Shown: positions 57,651 through 60,993 of the stretch, in pieces | Layout of the letters: each line of letters starts with the position of its first letter | Numbering within the stretch: position 1 is the stretch's first letter | NCBI GenBank assembly: GCA_023301545.1 | Contig: JALZUI010000040.1 | Span: 1-60,993 of the forward strand | DNA: 60,993 bases | Reading direction: 5' to 3' | Source: Akkermansiaceae bacterium | GTDB lineage: Bacteria > Verrucomicrobiota > Verrucomicrobiia > Verrucomicrobiales > Akkermansiaceae | The notes under the pieces: generated by a model | Databases searched by the model: none | Told to the model about the DNA's origin: nothing | What the model saw: only the letters and a program-made list of their open reading frames with translations | Program-made: the position numbers and the translations under genes

Positions 57651-58385
57651 ATGACTCAAGACAATACTGAACAAGCTGGCGGAGCACCTGCTCCGAAAGA
57701 AGAAGCTACTCCAGCTCCTGCAGCAGCTCCGGCTCCTGCGGCTAAGGAAGCCGCTCCAGCTCCTGCAGCTGGCGGTCCTGATGGCCCTGGCGGACGCGGA
57801 CAAGGCGGACGTGGACGCGGACAAGGCGGACGTGGACGCGGACAAGGTGGTCGTGGACGCGGACAAGGTGGTCGTGGCCGTGGTCGTTTCGACGACAAGC
57901 CTGATGACGGACTAGAAGAAAAGGTCGTTTTCATCAACCGATGTGCGAAGGTAGTAAAAGGTGGACGTCGTTTCAGCTTCTCTGCTCTTCTCGTTACTGG
58001 TGATAAGAAAGGTCAAGTTGGATTTGGATTCGGTAAGGCGAATGAGGTTGCAGAAGCAATCCGTAAGGCTTCCGAGGGATCCAAGCGAGGCCTCCAAAAG
58101 ATGTCTATCGTTGACGGCACTATCCCACACGAAATCTACGCAGAATTCGGTGGTGGTAAAGTTCTTCTCAAACCTGCAGCTCCTGGTACCGGTGTAATTG
58201 CTGGTGGTGGCATGCGTGCAGTATGTGAAGCCGTAGGGATTAAAGATGTTATCGGAAAATCTCTCGGTTCTAACAACCACGCTAACGTAGTGAAAGCTAC
58301 ACTTAAGGCTCTCTCTGAACTCCAAACACGTGAGGAAGTAATGACTCTTCGTGGTAAAAAGAGCAAAGCAGCGAAAGCTATCTAA
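57651..58385 (+). CDS. rpsE: 30S ribosomal protein S5 with a ~85-aa N-terminal Ala/Pro + (GRGQGGR)n extension
   Basis: The core is [31 protein letters not shown]...[10 protein letters not shown]. No in-frame ATG/GTG/TTG lies between the repeat region and the core, so the extension must be translated. Confidence 0.94.
   Translation: MTQDNTEQAGGAPAPKEEATPAPAAAPAPAAKEAAPAPAAGGPDGPGGRGQGGRGRGQGGRGRGQGGRGRGQGGRGRGRFDDKPDDGLEEKVVFINRCAKVVKGGRRFSFSALLVTGDKKGQVGFGFGKANEVAEAIRKASEGSKRGLQKMSIVDGTIPHEIYAEFGGGKVLLKPAAPGTGVIAGGGMRAVCEAVGIKDVIGKSLGSNNHANVVKATLKALSELQTREEVMTLRGKKSKAAKAI
57792..57887 (+). repeat. In-frame 21-nt tandem repeat (4 units plus a partial unit) encoding GRGQGGR
   Basis: Units ggacgcggacaaggYggWcgt. 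Units 1 and 2 are identical to each other, as are units 3 and 4. Confidence 0.85.
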
Positions 58386-58445
58386 TTAAGATTGGAGGCG
58401 GCTCCCGCTGCCTCCGTTCTCATAACCCCCTAACTAACAGGAAAC

Positions 58446-58922
58446 ATGAAACTTCATTCTCTTAAATACAATCCAGGTGCTAAACACCGCCGTAAGCGTC
58501 TCGGCTGTGGTGAAAGCTCAGGCCTCGGTAAAACATCCGGTAAAGGACACAAAGGTCAAAAGGCCCGTTCTGGTTCAGGTGTTCGCGTAGGCTTCGAAGG
58601 TGGTCAAATGCCACTTCACCGTAGACTTCCTAAGCGTGGATTCAATAACTTCCAGTTCCAAGACAAGATCGCTGCCTTCAACGTAGCTGACCTTGAGGAA
58701 CGTTTTAACGATGGTGACACCATTAACGAAGAAACTCTTCGTGCCTCTGGTCTCATGAAAGGTCGTTACGACGGCGTCAAGATTCTTGGCGACGGTGAGA
58801 TCTCTAAGAAGCTTAACCTCAGCGTTACCTCAGTAAGCGCCTCTGCTCGTGAAAAAATCGAAAAAGCAGGCGGTTCTATTGAAGTAACCAAAAAGGTAGA
58901 AGCTCCAGCAAAAGATGCTTAA
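58446..58922 (+). CDS. rplO: 50S ribosomal protein L15
   Basis: MKLHSLKYNPGAKHRRKR.G.G..SGLGKTSGKGHKGQKARSG. Confidence 0.96.
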   Translation: MKLHSLKYNPGAKHRRKRLGCGESSGLGKTSGKGHKGQKARSGSGVRVGFEGGQMPLHRRLPKRGFNNFQFQDKIAAFNVADLEERFNDGDTINEETLRASGLMKGRYDGVKILGDGEISKKLNLSVTSVSASAREKIEKAGGSIEVTKKVEAPAKDA

Positions 58923-58946
58923 GCATAGCTAAAGACTCTTTTAATC

Positions 58947-58979
58947 AAAGAAGCGCGACTGCGGTCGCCTTCTTTTTTA
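58947..58979 (+). terminator. Terminator/attenuator-like hairpin between rplO and secY
   Basis: aaagaagcgcgac-tgcg-gtcgccttcttttttatt: GC-rich stem (one bulge) followed by a T-run. Confidence 0.45.
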
Positions 58980-59057
58980 TTGCTTAGAGTGGGCACATCA
59001 CTCTCACAACACACCCTAACAACCGCAGCACACGCTGCGCCTAATACAATTTCCCCC

Positions 59058-60563
59058 ATGATTTCCGCATTTACCAATATCTGGAAGATCGAAGAGCTCA
59101 AGAATCGTCTGCTCTTCACGCTTGCTATGGTCTTCATCGTTCGTCTCGGTGTCGCCATTACTATCCCTGGCGTAGACTCAAGTGTTATCCAAGACTTCCT
59201 TAATTGGAGAATGGAAAGCGACGATGGCTCAACTAATGCAGGTGCCGCAGTTGGTGCTCTTCTTAACGTCTTCTCCGGTGGCGGACTCGAAAAGTGTGGT
59301 ATCTTCGCCCTCGGAATCATGCCTTACATTTCTGCTTCGATTATGATGCAGCTCGGCTCTGCCGTAATCCCCCAGCTCGCTAAGCTTTCTAAGGAAGATG
59401 GCGGCCGTCAGAAGATTACCCAGTACACACGTTACATCACCATCGTGATCGCGCTAGTACAAGGATTCATGATCGCCAAGTCTCTAGAGAACCCAGGCGG
59501 TCTCCCGTATCTCCAAGGCATTGGCCAATTCGGAGAGCTTGTTCCCAACTTCGGCATTAGCTTTATCGCCGTTGCAGTAACTACGCTAGTTTGTGGTACC
59601 ATGTTCCTCTCGTGGATTGGTGACCAGATCACTGACCGCGGAATTGGTAATGGGGTTTCCTTAATCATCTCCGTTAACATCATCGCAGCCCTTCCTGGTG
59701 CGCTTGTCCAAGCTTGGAATAAGTTCGTAAGCAATCCTGATGCAGGACAATTCGACCCAATGATCCTTGTTGGTCTTATCGCCTTCCTTCTCTTTGTCAT
59801 CGCAGCGGTAATCGCGATCACCCAAGCACAACGCCGCATCGCGGTTCAGTATGCAGGTAAGGTCAACCGCAAGAGCCAAATGAGCAAGCAGACCCAGTAC
59901 CTTCCTCTTAAGGTCAACTACGCTGGAGTTATGCCGATCATCTTCGCTTCTGCGATCATTACCTTCCCTCCTATCGTCATCGGCTACCTTTTCAAAGGTC
60001 AGCTCTGGGCGCTTAAGGTCCAAGAGTGGTTTAATCCTGCCAGCACTGTTTACTACGTTATTGCAGGGCTTATGATCTTCTTCTTCTCCTACTTCTGGGT
60101 TTCTACCTTCTTCAACCCTACAGAGATCTCTGAGAACCTGAAAAAGAGCGGGGGATACATCCCTGGTGTTCGTGCCGGAAAGCCGACCTCTAGCTTCCTC
60201 GACTTCACGATGACTCGTCTCACCTTCGCTGGCTCCATCTTCCTTACCATTATCTTCGTCTTACCTATGATCCTCGGTAACTGGTTAGGACTGCCTTACA
60301 TGGTGACCCAATTCTTTGGAGGAACCTCTCTCCTTATTCTTGTTGGAGTTCTTCTCGACATGATGCGTCAGATCGAAACTCACCTGATTCAGCGCAACTA
60401 CGACGGATTCCTCCGCAAAGGTAAGATCAAAGGCCGTTACGACCGTCTTTCGACCAACAAGGCAGGTGGCAAGGACGAGAATAGCAACGTAGTTCTCTAC
60501 CTCGTTATCTTCGTAGCGATCGTAGCGATCATCGGCGCCGTAGCGATTGGATTCGGATACTAG
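59058..60563 (+). CDS. secY: Preprotein translocase subunit SecY with an extra C-terminal TM segment
   Basis: MISAFTNIWKIEELKNRLLFTL at the ATG at 59058. GIFALGIMPYISASIMMQL. The usual C-terminus (YDGFLRKGKIKGR) is followed by about 40 more residues, including VVLYLVIFVAIVAIIGAVAIGFGY. Confidence 0.94.
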   Translation: MISAFTNIWKIEELKNRLLFTLAMVFIVRLGVAITIPGVDSSVIQDFLNWRMESDDGSTNAGAAVGALLNVFSGGGLEKCGIFALGIMPYISASIMMQLGSAVIPQLAKLSKEDGGRQKITQYTRYITIVIALVQGFMIAKSLENPGGLPYLQGIGQFGELVPNFGISFIAVAVTTLVCGTMFLSWIGDQITDRGIGNGVSLIISVNIIAALPGALVQAWNKFVSNPDAGQFDPMILVGLIAFLLFVIAAVIAITQAQRRIAVQYAGKVNRKSQMSKQTQYLPLKVNYAGVMPIIFASAIITFPPIVIGYLFKGQLWALKVQEWFNPASTVYYVIAGLMIFFFSYFWVSTFFNPTEISENLKKSGGYIPGVRAGKPTSSFLDFTMTRLTFAGSIFLTIIFVLPMILGNWLGLPYMVTQFFGGTSLLILVGVLLDMMRQIETHLIQRNYDGFLRKGKIKGRYDRLSTNKAGGKDENSNVVLYLVIFVAIVAIIGAVAIGFGY

Positions 60564-60590
60564 GAATTCATATCTACCAAGTTCCAATCA

Positions 60591-60617
60591 AAGGAGGCCT
60601 AAAGGGCCTCCTTTTTT
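60591..60617 (+). terminator. Rho-independent terminator after secY
   Basis: aggaggcc-taaag-ggcctcc followed by tttttt. Confidence 0.7.
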
Positions 60618-60696
60618 GGTTTAATGGAGTACTGAAAATATGTACTCTACTTAAGCTGATTCGGCCCCCCATTCGAAGGTATCGAAGAACTGGGCT

Positions 60697-60726
60697 TTCT
60701 TGACGAGGCACAGACGAATGATATTG
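60697..60726. repeat. Second copy of the 31-nt sequence seen at nt 17-47
   Basis: ttcttgacgaggcacagacgaatgatattg. See the first copy. Confidence 0.7.
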
Positions 60727-60822
60727 AAGTTATTTTGGAAAACGTATGCAGCAGGATCCTTCTGACTTCTTAGGAGGAGGAAACTAAATGAAATACTCGA
60801 GAGAACTTTGAACCCGCCATCA

Positions 60823-60993
60823 TTTAATTTACCTCACTGGGACTGGAGTGCCCTGCAGCCATTCCCTCTACGACTGTATCGAAAAGGTTTTCCGGACTAG
60901 AAGCGGCTTCGTAAAGTGATAGTTGCACCTCTTTACCATCCTTTTCACGCACTCGCGGGCGCACGATTTCTTCCTTCCTCCCATTCGCATAAA
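60823..60993 (-). CDS. 3' end of an unidentified minus-strand gene running off the window (possibly decayed)
   Basis: Own translation of the minus strand: FMRMGGRKEIVRPRVREKDGKEVQLSLYEAASSPENLFDTVVEGMAAGHSSPSEVN*, in frame to the window edge. No family recognised. Confidence 0.35.

Noticed and set aside
57792-57887. Tandem 21-nt repeats considered as a CRISPR-like or VNTR array
   Set aside because: The units are contiguous with no spacers, in frame, and inside a conserved gene. This is a coding microsatellite, not a CRISPR array.
57656-57937. 93-aa Pro/Arg/Ala-rich minus-strand ORF
   Set aside because: It is the mirror image of the in-frame GRGQGGR/Ala-Pro repeat region of rpsE. The open frame is a by-product of the repeat composition.
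60788-60811. Six-codon ORF (MKYSREL*) preceded by a strong AGGAGGAGG Shine-Dalgarno-like sequence
   Set aside because: It is too short, and no plus-strand gene follows that it could regulate as a leader peptide. It is probably debris of the degenerate region after secY.

Overview
61-kb chromosomal segment, probably from a PVC-superphylum bacterium (Verrucomicrobiota-like). That placement is an inference from the sulfatase, the GH95 fucosidase, the prepilin-leader proteins and an spc operon without rpsN/rpmD. No rRNA, tRNA or CRISPR array was recognised by eye. Layout: (1) nt 1-2960 is a small accessory islet. It holds the 3' part of an RHS/YD-repeat toxin gene with a very short glycine-zipper/Cys-rich tip and a putative immunity ORF, a decayed RayT/IS200-like transposase, and a ParE-type toxin-antitoxin pair bracketed by two REP-like hairpin repeats. 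(2) nt 2960-35050 is mostly housekeeping: thioredoxin/MsrA-like fusion, sulfatase, rlmD, hpf-hprK, a hemC-cobA/hemD operon with two tiny membrane ORFs, M20 peptidase, nrdR, ABC-2 transporter, yaaA, an exbB-exbD-exbD cluster followed by a 996-aa TPR protein, ispF, murJ, HAD-IIB phosphatase, GH95, SPFH, rsmB, ugd. (3) nt 35.2-41.0 kb is an orphan GspH/I/J/K-like minor-pseudopilin operon ending in a 1006-aa GspK-like protein and a secreted partner. (4) nt 41-45 kb holds a membrane protein, a Ski2-like helicase and a cupin-like ORF. (5) nt 45.4-60.6 kb is the str-S10-spc ribosomal supercluster (rpsL to secY). It has several departures from the canonical form: a non-ribosomal coiled-coil envelope gene between rpsS and rplV, an L22 fusion to an H3TH-like module, Arg/Gly-repeat extensions on uS3 and uS5, an extra C-terminal TM helix on SecY, no rpsN or rpmD, and loss of synteny right after secY. 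The best candidates for something undescribed are the pseudopilin/giant-GspK module, the gene inserted in the S10 operon, the TonB-less ExbBD-TPR cluster and the miniature RHS toxin tip. All functional calls rest on motif recognition by eye, since no database search was possible.
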